The translations under genes were made by a program, and so were the position numbers. Shown piece after piece: positions 9,700 to 18,574 of a stretch of DNA of 64,000 nucleotides. Source of the stretch: Paludibacteraceae bacterium (lineage in GTDB: Bacteria; Bacteroidota; Bacteroidia; Bacteroidales; Paludibacteraceae). The stretch is taken from positions 34 through 64,033 of the forward strand of contig JAFVZF010000119.1 of assembly GCA_017508305.1 (NCBI GenBank). The letters are read 5' to 3'. Position 1 is the stretch's first letter; every line of letters begins with the position of its first letter. The notes beneath the pieces are model-generated. The model ran no database searches and was not told where the DNA came from. It saw nothing but the letters and a program-made list of their open reading frames with translations.

Positions 9700-12178
9700 T
9701 CGATGTTTCCCGCTATTGGCATGGGAAAATGACTGTCTTGTTAGCAAAAATGCAGATGTAACGGTACTTTTTCGCCTTACGTTGCCTGCTGTTTTTCAAC
9801 GTAATGAGGCACAATACGAGCAAGAGCATGCTGTGTGGGTACGTGCCATGCGTTTATTGCCCGATTATACCATCGTCCATAAGCAGGATATTTACCAACA
9901 AACCGTTTACCAAGCAGCGCATCTGTTACCAATCGAGGGTGATGTTTCATTTTTACAAGCTGCTTCGCATAAGCATTTTGCAGGTAGAAACTACTTGCAA
10001 CATAGCTGCTATTTATACTTTACCTTATCTTGCAAGGATTCGCTTCAGACCACAAGTGTCGCTTCTATGATTTGCCAAAACAGGCTTGTCCCTTCTCAAA
10101 TGTTGGATAAAAAGCGGCTGTCCGATTTTTTGGACAAAGTGGAGCAAGCCAAGACCTTGCTTGGCGAATGGGGTTACCGATTGGTTCGCTTGGGGCAAAA
10201 AGACGTGTTGGGTGCACCGCATTGTGATGGATTATTAACCCGTTACCTCAACTTGCATTTTGATACGACAACAACGGCTTGTATGGCAGATATTCATCTC
10301 TCGGACGGTGATTTGATGGTGGGCAGTAACTATGTGAGTTGCTTTTCGTTGCATCAGTTGGAGCAGCTACCGGGTGCTGTGCATACACATAAGTTGCACG
10401 CGGGCTATACAAATGCTCCTTTGCCCATTTCGTATGTTTCGGGGTTGGGTAGCGAGTTGCCATTCTCGCATATTTACAATCAGTATTTCTTTTTGGATAA
10501 TCACCAAGAAACCATTCGATACATCGAAAAAAGAGGGCGCGAACAGCAATCGCTGTCGGGCGTATCCCGGCAGAATGCCATAAACAAAGCCTGTAATGAT
10601 GCCTATATCGACGCTTCCATTGCCAATGGCAAACGTTCGGTGCGTTGTGCTTTCAATTTGATGCTTTGGGATACCGATTACTACCAATTGTTGCAAAAAA
10701 ATGCGGTAGTGGCGGCGCAGTTTTGCGAGATGGATGCCTTTGCTGCCAAAACAGAAGGCATTGTACCCTTGCTTTTTTGGGCAGCCATACCGGGAGCTGC
10801 CTCACAGTATCCGTCGGAGATGACCTTTTACACCTTTTTAGAGCAGGGAGCGTGTTTTTTAAATTACGATGGCTATTTGCCGCCATCCGATAGGTCAGGG
10901 GTAACGCTTTGCGATCGCACTACCGGTATTCCCATGCAGATTGATTTGTCGGATGCTCCCCTTAAGAAAGGGTGGATTAACAATCGCAATAAATTTATTT
11001 TGGGACCATCCGGTTCGGGAAAATCATTTTTTACCAACCATTTAATAAGAAGCTATTATGATCAGGGCAGCCATATCGTATTGGTCGATGTGGGCGACAG
11101 CTACAAAGGGCTATGCGAGTTAATTGCCGAACAGACCAATGGTGAAGACGGCATATACTATACTTACACCGAGGAACATCCTATAGCTTTTAATCCTTTT
11201 TATGTGGCAGATGCGTGCTATACCATCGAAAAACGAGAACAGCTTTCTGCGCTCATCTTTTGTTTATGGAAAAACGAAAGTGAGCACATTACCAAGGCAG
11301 AAGAAACGCACATTGCAGAGGCATTAAATGCTTATTTGGCATTGGTGACTGATGGGATAGCGGAGGCTTCGTTCAATGCCTTTTACGACTACTTGTCTAC
11401 CTCTTTCAAAAAGCAATTAAAACAACAAGCAGTAAAGTCCGTTCATTTTGATATTGACAATTTATTGCAGGTATTAAAACCCTACTATCGGGGTGGCATG
11501 TACGATTATTTGCTCAATGCAGAGCAACCTATCAACCTCATTGAAAAACGATTCATTGTTTTTGAAATTGACACTATCAAAGACCATAAAACCCTGTTTC
11601 CCGTGGTTACGTTAATACTGATGGACACGTTTATTTCCAAAATGCGTCATCCTTCTGTGGCATCTCATCGCAAAATGATCTTAATAGAAGAAGCTTGGAA
11701 AGCCATCTCAAAAAGCGGGACGGCAGCATTTATTAAGTACCTGTTTAAAACGGTGCGCAAGCACTTTGGTGAGGCTATTGTAGTGACGCAAGAGGTGGAC
11801 GATATTGTGGGCAATGAGATTATTAAAAATACCATTTTGGCAAATGCCGATTGTAAAATATTGCTCGATCAACGTAAATATGCCAACAAATTTGAAGACA
11901 TTAAAAATACCTTGTCTTTTACCGCTCACGAAGCAGCATTGGCCCTTTCTATCAATCAAGATTTGCAGACCAAAGACAGAAATCCTTACAAAGAGGTCTT
12001 TATTACCTTTAATGGAAATGCCCCTGCAGTGTATGGCTTGGAAGTGTCGCGTAGTGAGTATTTGGTGTATACCACAGAGAAATCAGAAAGACTTGCCCTA
12101 CAAACCTTACAAAATCGGCTGGGCTCTTTACAAGCAGCCATTTGCCATTCCGTTACACAAAAAAATCAACAAGTATGA
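9671..12178 (+). CDS. traG: Conjugation system ATPase TraG (VirB4-like)
   Basis: 835 aa. Walker A GPSGSGKSFFTNH, Walker B-like KMILIEEAWKA and IVVTQEVDDI. The N-terminus (FPLLAWENDCLVSKNADVTVLFRLTLP) is typical of Bacteroides TraG. Confidence 0.92.
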   Translation: MKKTLGTCIDRCFPLLAWENDCLVSKNADVTVLFRLTLPAVFQRNEAQYEQEHAVWVRAMRLLPDYTIVHKQDIYQQTVYQAAHLLPIEGDVSFLQAASHKHFAGRNYLQHSCYLYFTLSCKDSLQTTSVASMICQNRLVPSQMLDKKRLSDFLDKVEQAKTLLGEWGYRLVRLGQKDVLGAPHCDGLLTRYLNLHFDTTTTACMADIHLSDGDLMVGSNYVSCFSLHQLEQLPGAVHTHKLHAGYTNAPLPISYVSGLGSELPFSHIYNQYFFLDNHQETIRYIEKRGREQQSLSGVSRQNAINKACNDAYIDASIANGKRSVRCAFNLMLWDTDYYQLLQKNAVVAAQFCEMDAFAAKTEGIVPLLFWAAIPGAASQYPSEMTFYTFLEQGACFLNYDGYLPPSDRSGVTLCDRTTGIPMQIDLSDAPLKKGWINNRNKFILGPSGSGKSFFTNHLIRSYYDQGSHIVLVDVGDSYKGLCELIAEQTNGEDGIYYTYTEEHPIAFNPFYVADACYTIEKREQLSALIFCLWKNESEHITKAEETHIAEALNAYLALVTDGIAEASFNAFYDYLSTSFKKQLKQQAVKSVHFDIDNLLQVLKPYYRGGMYDYLLNAEQPINLIEKRFIVFEIDTIKDHKTLFPVVTLILMDTFISKMRHPSVASHRKMILIEEAWKAISKSGTAAFIKYLFKTVRKHFGEAIVVTQEVDDIVGNEIIKNTILANADCKILLDQRKYANKFEDIKNTLSFTAHEAALALSINQDLQTKDRNPYKEVFITFNGNAPAVYGLEVSRSEYLVYTTEKSERLALQTLQNRLGSLQAAICHSVTQKNQQV

Positions 12179-12891
12179 AAAAATTTTACCTTATACTACT
12201 ACTAATGGCATTGAGCGGTAAACTCTTTGCTCAATTTGTGGTGAGCGATCCCACTGCCATAACCCAGCGCATTACTTTGTTCTTAAACGAAATGAACGAG
12301 AAACTATTAGATCGCAACGAGATGGTTACACAAACCTTTAATACAACGCAGATGCTAAAGCAGGCGCAAGAAGGCATACAAAAGCTGCAAAAGGTAAGTG
12401 CCTATGTGCAAGGAGCCAAAATATCGTACGAGATCATAGACGAGGGGGTAAAATTAGCCAAACAAGTGCAGGATATTCAGCAAAATGTCAGCCGACTTAC
12501 TCACCTTACAGACGAAGAAATTAGCAATGCCATTTGCTTTTCTGCCGAGTTGGGAGATTACATTGCCGACAAAGTAGAAGAAGCAAACGAAATGCTCAGC
12601 AGTAAGAAAGATTTAGGCGAGATGTCCGACTATGAGCGTATCCAACTCCTAAAATCCATTAAAAGCGAATTGGTAAAGCTTCGTGGTATACTAACTGACG
12701 TGCAAAAGCGCTTTAAAAATAAGAATGCGTATGCACTTTGTGAGGATTACCTGCGCTCACTTACCTGCGAAATGATCTTTTTTGCATACGACCAAAAATA
12801 CGGTTTACACACCTCGCAAGTAGGTTCTGTGGTAAAAGAGGTGCAAAAGGCCCAAAAGAAACAAACTAAAAGTAAAAAATCAGACAAATAG
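12175..12891 (+). CDS. traI: TraI-like (DUF4141-type) secreted coiled-coil protein; VirB5/TrbJ-position analogue
   Basis: The ATG at 12175 overlaps the traG stop (ATGA). Signal peptide MKKFYLILLLMALSGKLFAQ is followed by FVVSDPTAITQ, as in Bacteroides TraI and TrbJ N-termini. The rest is predicted coiled coil. Confidence 0.6.
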   Translation: MKKFYLILLLMALSGKLFAQFVVSDPTAITQRITLFLNEMNEKLLDRNEMVTQTFNTTQMLKQAQEGIQKLQKVSAYVQGAKISYEIIDEGVKLAKQVQDIQQNVSRLTHLTDEEISNAICFSAELGDYIADKVEEANEMLSSKKDLGEMSDYERIQLLKSIKSELVKLRGILTDVQKRFKNKNAYALCEDYLRSLTCEMIFFAYDQKYGLHTSQVGSVVKEVQKAQKKQTKSKKSDK

Positions 12892-12898
12892 TACAACC

Positions 12899-13843
12899 AT
12901 GTCAGAAACAATGTCCTTGATGCAGTCCCTTGCATCCCAATTGGCAGTTGCATTACAACAGGTGCAAACAACTGCCCAAGAGTATGCCGATGCACTTGTT
13001 ATACCTGCCCAACTTTTGTGTGGATTATTTGCTCTGATTTATATAGGAGTAAAATTAGGCGCAAGTTGGGGAAGAGGCGAGAAGATAGATTTCTATGCAC
13101 TATTGCGGCCCTTTTCGGTCGGATTGATTATTGTCTTTTTTTCTGCTTTTGTATCCCTTTTGCAGTTGGTGGTAACTCCCATTGAGATGGCAGCAACTGC
13201 ACTCAATGAGTCGGTATACGAGCCATACGTACAATCACAGAACAACTACTTGCAGGCGGTGCAAAACGTTAAAAACAGCATGGCTGTATACGAGCGCAAG
13301 GCGGTACAAAATGAGACCCAAATCGTAGAGGAGGTAATGGACGCATCTATGTCAAAAGAACAGCCCCTTTTTAGGCAAAGCATAGCATACTTGGCGCAAT
13401 TGACGCAGGTTGGGGTATCTGGTATGGTCTATTTTATGCAAGTGTATGTGGTGTTGGCACAGCTTGTCTTGCTCTTGGTGGGTCCATTTGCTTTTGCACT
13501 GTCTTTGCTACCGGGTTTTTCGGCAAACATCACTCATTGGATGTTGCATTTTGTGCGCCTATCCATGTACAGGCCTCTTTGCCATGTGGTTGGTTTTATG
13601 GTGGCAGTATTGTTTGCTACTTGTGTATTTCCTGTTTTCGAACAGCAGCTCAACCTATTACCGGCGAGCGAGTATACTTTTTCGGATCATGAGTTGGCGC
13701 AACACATTCAATTTTCCATACAACTCATCTTTGTATTGTTTAACAGTATAGCCATAGCCCTGTATGCCTGTATTCCTACTTTTTCTAAATGGATAGTGGG
13801 CCGCAGTGGAATTTCTACTTGGTTAGTGTCATCAAAAAAATAG
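12899..13843 (+). CDS. traJ: Conjugative transposon protein TraJ (VirB6-like polytopic membrane protein)
   Basis: 314 aa with multiple TM helices. It occupies the position between traI and traK. Confidence 0.8.
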   Translation: MSETMSLMQSLASQLAVALQQVQTTAQEYADALVIPAQLLCGLFALIYIGVKLGASWGRGEKIDFYALLRPFSVGLIIVFFSAFVSLLQLVVTPIEMAATALNESVYEPYVQSQNNYLQAVQNVKNSMAVYERKAVQNETQIVEEVMDASMSKEQPLFRQSIAYLAQLTQVGVSGMVYFMQVYVVLAQLVLLLVGPFAFALSLLPGFSANITHWMLHFVRLSMYRPLCHVVGFMVAVLFATCVFPVFEQQLNLLPASEYTFSDHELAQHIQFSIQLIFVLFNSIAIALYACIPTFSKWIVGRSGISTWLVSSKK

Positions 13844-13844
13844 T

Positions 13845-14465
13845 ATGTTTCAATCGTTAAGAAATTTACAGAGTGCATTTGCTCTGACCCGAATCTATTT
13901 GATTCTACTTACCGTGGTATGCCTTACCGTAAGTCTGTATGCCTTGTATTCGGCGTATGTTTTTGCCGAAAAGCAACGCGAAAAGATTTATGTATTGGAC
14001 AGTGGACAGTCCTTGCTTCTTGCACTTTCGCACGATGTAACCGAAAACAGGGTTGCCGAGGCAAAATCGCATGTAAAGCGATTTCATGAGTACTTTTTTA
14101 CCTTATCGCCCGAAAAATCGGCCATCGAAGAGAATGTGCAACAGGCGCTGTTTTTGGCAGATAACTCTGCTACCGAGGTGTATTTGCGCATGAAAGAGCA
14201 AGGATTCTACGAGCAGCTAATAGCCTCGGGTATCATGTGTGAGGTAAAAATAGACAGTATCGTTATCAACGATGCCGTATACCCCTATCAGGTCAAGACC
14301 TATGCTGTGACGTCTGTTGTGCGTCGTTCTACTATAACCTATCGTCGGTTGGAAACTACTTGTGCATTGTTGCATTGTACGCGCACCGACAATAATCCGC
14401 ATGGTTTTTTGATGGAGAATTGGCAAATTACCGATAACAGCGATTTATACGTAGTACAACGATAA
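13845..14465 (+). CDS. traK: Conjugative transposon protein TraK (VirB8/VirB9-region analogue)
   Basis: 206 aa with an N-terminal TM anchor (IYLILLTVVCLTVSLYALY). Size and order are as in CTn tra operons. Confidence 0.8.
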   Translation: MFQSLRNLQSAFALTRIYLILLTVVCLTVSLYALYSAYVFAEKQREKIYVLDSGQSLLLALSHDVTENRVAEAKSHVKRFHEYFFTLSPEKSAIEENVQQALFLADNSATEVYLRMKEQGFYEQLIASGIMCEVKIDSIVINDAVYPYQVKTYAVTSVVRRSTITYRRLETTCALLHCTRTDNNPHGFLMENWQITDNSDLYVVQR

Positions 14466-14476
14466 TCTATTATAGT

Positions 14477-15517
14477 ATGTGTCATCAACAAAAATTAATA
14501 CATGCCGTATCGTGCTTGGTATGGGGCTTTGCCTTGCTTTGTTTTTATATTTTAGGGGGAGGAACAGCCGTCGATGCTGCCTCTGATACAGATGCGATGT
14601 CGGCTGGAATCAATCTATCCCTTCCAATGGCAGATACCCAAGAGTTGTCTGCCTCCCGATTAGAAGCCTTCAAAAAGGAAGCCGAACGACAACAACAAGT
14701 TTTTGCAAGCGAAAAACGACAAAACTCTTCCTCTTTTCAGTGGTATAATTCATCGCTAACCCAATCGGACACAACACTTGTTGCTGTGCGTGAGCAGCCG
14801 TCGGTGGTAGCTAAAGTTGCACAATCGGCAGCTGTGACCTCTTCGGTATCGAGCAAAAGCACACGTGCCAAAACGATGGATGAGAAAGAAAGGCACCGGT
14901 TGCTTACTGAAAAAAAACGTCAGTTGGAGAAACTATTGGGAGTGGCATCCGAAGAAGTGGCCGATACATTGCCATCTGCTCCTGTCAGTGTTAACGTAGC
15001 GCAATGCGAAGAAGTTCCCGATGGATTTTACGGTCTTCCAACCAACAAAATGGCCACTACTGCCATTCGTGCTGTGGTGCACGGCGAACTTGTGGGGTTA
15101 CAGCGAGGAGCCATTGTCAAATTGCGCTTATTGGACGATATTGTTGTGCAGTCCACCCACATCCCTGCCAATACGTTTTTATACGGTCAGCTATCTTTTA
15201 GCTCGTGTAGAGCCATGATTCACATAGAAAACATTCCATACAAGAATGCCATTTATCCCTTTAAAGCAACCATTTACGACAAGGACGGTTTTGAAGGCTT
15301 GTATGTGCCTGATAATAGGGTAGAGGAGGCCGCTCGAAAAGCCGGTTCGCAAGCCATAGGCAGTATGAATTTGCGCCTACCTGCCGCCTCTTTGGTCTCA
15401 AATGCCGCCAATGCTGCCATTGGAGCGGTGCAGTCTGTCGCACAATCGAGCGTCAATGAACCTAAAATATCCATTTCGTCCAACTATTCTGTAACCATTA
15501 AATTACAACTCCAATGA
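14477..15517 (+). CDS. traM: Conjugative transposon protein TraM (VirB10-like)
   Basis: 346 aa. TM anchor, then a low-complexity, charged linker and a C-terminal beta-rich domain. No separate traL ORF precedes it. Confidence 0.75.
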   Translation: MCHQQKLIHAVSCLVWGFALLCFYILGGGTAVDAASDTDAMSAGINLSLPMADTQELSASRLEAFKKEAERQQQVFASEKRQNSSSFQWYNSSLTQSDTTLVAVREQPSVVAKVAQSAAVTSSVSSKSTRAKTMDEKERHRLLTEKKRQLEKLLGVASEEVADTLPSAPVSVNVAQCEEVPDGFYGLPTNKMATTAIRAVVHGELVGLQRGAIVKLRLLDDIVVQSTHIPANTFLYGQLSFSSCRAMIHIENIPYKNAIYPFKATIYDKDGFEGLYVPDNRVEEAARKAGSQAIGSMNLRLPAASLVSNAANAAIGAVQSVAQSSVNEPKISISSNYSVTIKLQLQ

Positions 15518-16584
15518 AACGATTTTTACAGCTGGGGATTATCTTGTCAGTGTGCATACCCCTTTGTGCCAATTCTATTTTTTATGTCAATCACACTCAG
15601 CAACTCACCTTGCAATTTCCATCGTCTATCAAATACGTGGATGTTGGTAGCAAAGAAATACAACTTACCCAAATGTCCGATAATTGCAGTCTATCCATAC
15701 GTGCCAAGCAACAAGGAGTGTCGCCTACTACGCTCTCGGTGGTAACAGCAGATGGAAGCTACTATCTGTACCAATTGCAGGGGGCAGACATTTTGCCTTA
15801 TTTGTCCTATCGTATTAACAAAGGGGCGCTTGATGCACCCATTATGCGCATAGCCCAACAGCAAACCACTCATTTTATAGCTCCCTTTGCGCTGAGCGAT
15901 TGGGCAGTGGGAAACGATTCGGTTATTGCTGCCTACGCCGATGGCATACGCAATATGGTTCGGGTAAAAGCCTTGCATCGTTTTACTTCGCAGTCGTCTT
16001 TTACTTTGTTGGGAAGCCATGGAGAGCTATTTTCCTATCGATTGGTCTATTCGGACAGTGTGCCTCAACTATCGGTACAACTAACCGATTCGTTGTCGCA
16101 AGAAGCTATCTTTTGGGATAACCCGATGGATGCACATCTGCTAAAAAAATTAGCAGAAAAAGCCTTGCAGCAAAATTATACCAACAATCACTTAGGGGTA
16201 GTAGAGCATCGTATGCAGTTTTCGGCAGCCGGTATCTTTAGCTATAAAGGTTGGTTGATGCTTCGGTTGCAGTGCCAAAACCGCAACAATATCGATTACG
16301 AAATCGATTTTATTAAGGTGTACATCGCCGACAAAAAAGGGAGCAAACATACGGCCCTACAAGAAACCGAGATTACTCCCTTTTATACCTATTGCAGTGA
16401 TAGTATTGTTCAATTATTGCCTGCCCAATCCCAACAAGAGCAGGTCTTGTTTTTTAACCGTTTTACCCTACCCAAACATCGCATGCTCTACATAGAGTTG
16501 TTTGAAAAGAACGGGGGTCGGCATTTGCAGTTTTCTATTTCGCACAAGGAATTATTGCGCGCCAAGGCACTTACTTTGCCTTAG
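15514..16584 (+). CDS. traN: Conjugative transposon protein TraN (DUF4138; VirB9-like)
   Basis: 356 aa with a signal peptide. Its start overlaps the traM stop (ATGA). It is the last gene of the operon. Confidence 0.8.
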   Translation: MKRFLQLGIILSVCIPLCANSIFYVNHTQQLTLQFPSSIKYVDVGSKEIQLTQMSDNCSLSIRAKQQGVSPTTLSVVTADGSYYLYQLQGADILPYLSYRINKGALDAPIMRIAQQQTTHFIAPFALSDWAVGNDSVIAAYADGIRNMVRVKALHRFTSQSSFTLLGSHGELFSYRLVYSDSVPQLSVQLTDSLSQEAIFWDNPMDAHLLKKLAEKALQQNYTNNHLGVVEHRMQFSAAGIFSYKGWLMLRLQCQNRNNIDYEIDFIKVYIADKKGSKHTALQETEITPFYTYCSDSIVQLLPAQSQQEQVLFFNRFTLPKHRMLYIELFEKNGGRHLQFSISHKELLRAKALTLP

Positions 16585-17774
16585 TGTGCCAACCATAATT
16601 CCGGATTTTGCAACAATTTGTCCTTCCATACCTGAAAATACAACTCGGTTTTATTGCCATCTTCGGGATCTGAATAAATAGAACCAATTTGCTGTTTGGC
16701 TTTTACTTTATCGCCTGCTTTTACGTTTACTTTAGTTAGGTTGGCATATACGGTTCGGTACATACCATGTTTAATGATTACGGCATTGTTGCTGCCCGGA
16801 ATGGAAAACACCTGTGTCACCTCGCCATCGTAAACGGCGCGTGCCTTGGTTCCTTTGGGGCATTGGATGTAAATGCCTTTGTTGTCGGTGGTAACGTATT
16901 TAAGAACGGGGTGTGGTTGTACGCCAAAACTGCCCACTACCACGCCTTTTTCTACCGGCCATGGCAAGCGACCTTTGTTCTTCTCAAAGTTGCCCGATAC
17001 CAATTTTTCTTCTTTGGTTAGGGCGTAGGTTTTGCCGCTTCCGGATTGTGATTTCTTGGCTTCGGCAGCAATTTTTGCCTCAATCTGTTTGTTTAGTTTA
17101 TTGGCAGTTTGTTGTTGTTTTTTTAGCTCGGCGCGCAAGCTTTTTTCTTTTTTACGTAGCTGTGAAACCATGTTGGCTTGCTTCTTTTTTTGTTGTTTGA
17201 GTTTGTCGTTTTCTGCCTGACGAGATTTTAGTACTTGCAAGCGTTCTAAACGCACTTTTTCCACCTCTTTGAGTTTTTCGTCCAATTGCGTTTTGGTTTC
17301 TTTTATTTCAACTACCTTTTTTTCGCAATATTCGCCGTATTGTTTCATGTATCGCCAGCGTCTGTATGATTGCGAAAAATCATCGGCGGACAAAATGAAC
17401 AATAGGTTCTCATATTTGTTTTTCTTGAAATACGAGTGATACATAAGTTGGGCGTATTCTGCTTTTAGGTCGTCCAACTGTTTTTGCAATTTGCCAGCCT
17501 CGCTTCTTAGCTTACTCATTTGGCGGTTCATGCCGCTAATTTCTGAGTTAATGGAGTTGATAAGCCGTTGCTGTTGCTTTATTTCGGCATTGATAACATT
17601 AAGTTGGGTAATGTTTTTGGCCTTGTTTTTGCTATTCTCGTTAATGAGGTTATTGGTTATTTCCAATTGCTTGAGTGCATTTGCTTTGCGTTTTTGCAAT
17701 TCGGAAACCGACTGGGCTTGTGCCACACACAATCCCAATACCAAAACCATGGCGTATACAAATAGTCGCTTCAT
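16581..17774 (-). CDS. Murein hydrolase activator EnvC-like / peptidase M23 family protein
   Basis: 397 aa. Signal peptide, a long coiled coil (LKQQKKKQANMVSQLRKKEK...) and a C-terminal LytM/M23 domain (GIYIQCPKGTKARAVYDGEV...VIIKHGMYRTVYANL). Confidence 0.88.
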   Translation of the reverse strand: MKRLFVYAMVLVLGLCVAQAQSVSELQKRKANALKQLEITNNLINENSKNKAKNITQLNVINAEIKQQQRLINSINSEISGMNRQMSKLRSEAGKLQKQLDDLKAEYAQLMYHSYFKKNKYENLLFILSADDFSQSYRRWRYMKQYGEYCEKKVVEIKETKTQLDEKLKEVEKVRLERLQVLKSRQAENDKLKQQKKKQANMVSQLRKKEKSLRAELKKQQQTANKLNKQIEAKIAAEAKKSQSGSGKTYALTKEEKLVSGNFEKNKGRLPWPVEKGVVVGSFGVQPHPVLKYVTTDNKGIYIQCPKGTKARAVYDGEVTQVFSIPGSNNAVIIKHGMYRTVYANLTKVNVKAGDKVKAKQQIGSIYSDPEDGNKTELYFQVWKDKLLQNPELWLAH

Positions 17775-17779
17775 ATCGA

Positions 17780-18574
17780 TTACAGGGTCAATAGTTGTTT
17801 TTGCAACTCTTGAACAGTTACAGTTTTATATCCGGTAGGCATCTGCCAATTTAGCTGATTGTTTTTATTAAAGCTGATGGATTGAAAAGTAACATCAACG
17901 CTGTTGCTTCGTTCTTTTGAGGCATATACAAATTGCATTTGCATGGGAAACTCAATGCCTTCTGTTGCTTGTAGGTTGCTGTAAGTAGCCATCAGGTAGT
18001 CTCCCTTGCTAAACGAACGAATGATGCTGCGTTGCAAGAATCGTCCATCTTGCAATAAAAATTCGGTTTGGTACTTGCCGTTGTGTGTCAAAATCCAATC
18101 GGTACCAACTACATCAAGGGTAAAATTGGCGTATTGGTTGCCATCAGGATCAAATAGTCGGTTGGTAAGCAATCCTTGCAAGCCATAAAAATCGGTACCC
18201 AATTCGGGTGCTAATTCACTGAAAGGCATGCTGCAAACGCGTTTTCCTATTCTGTCTATCAATACCGCCTGTTCGCTGGTACAGTAGATACGTATCACTT
18301 CGATGCCAAAAAGTGCTTTTACCGATACCATGAGTTCCTTGTCTGTAACAGATTCGATGGTACCACTTAGCGAAAATAGCTTGTTGCCAAGCAACTGCAT
18401 CTTAAATTGAGCCGTCAAGCTTTTAATGTGCTGATGGTATTGTCCGGCAGAGGATATACTATCGATGGTGCTTGGCGTGTAGGCTGTGGTTGCTGTCTTT
18501 TGGGTTGATTTACAAGCAGTAAGTAAACAAAGGCTAATGCCTACTATCCAGCATATTGTTTTGAGTGTTTTCAT
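17780..18574 (-). CDS. DUF4292-type (LolB-like) lipoprotein
   Basis: The ATG at 18572-18574 gives [21 protein letters not shown] (lipobox). The longer ORF-track start runs into the upstream TPR gene. It lies in a dut-TPR-lipoprotein-M23 arrangement that I recall as conserved in Bacteroidetes. Confidence 0.6.
   Translation of the reverse strand: MKTLKTICWIVGISLCLLTACKSTQKTATTAYTPSTIDSISSAGQYHQHIKSLTAQFKMQLLGNKLFSLSGTIESVTDKELMVSVKALFGIEVIRIYCTSEQAVLIDRIGKRVCSMPFSELAPELGTDFYGLQGLLTNRLFDPDGNQYANFTLDVVGTDWILTHNGKYQTEFLLQDGRFLQRSIIRSFSKGDYLMATYSNLQATEGIEFPMQMQFVYASKERSNSVDVTFQSISFNKNNQLNWQMPTGYKTVTVQELQKQLLTL

Noticed and set aside
8857-16584. Calling the tra region a complete integrative conjugative element or a prophage
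   Set aside because: No integrase, excisionase, relaxase, coupling protein, primase, capsid or terminase genes, or att-like direct repeats are visible in or next to it. Only the mating-pore module is present.
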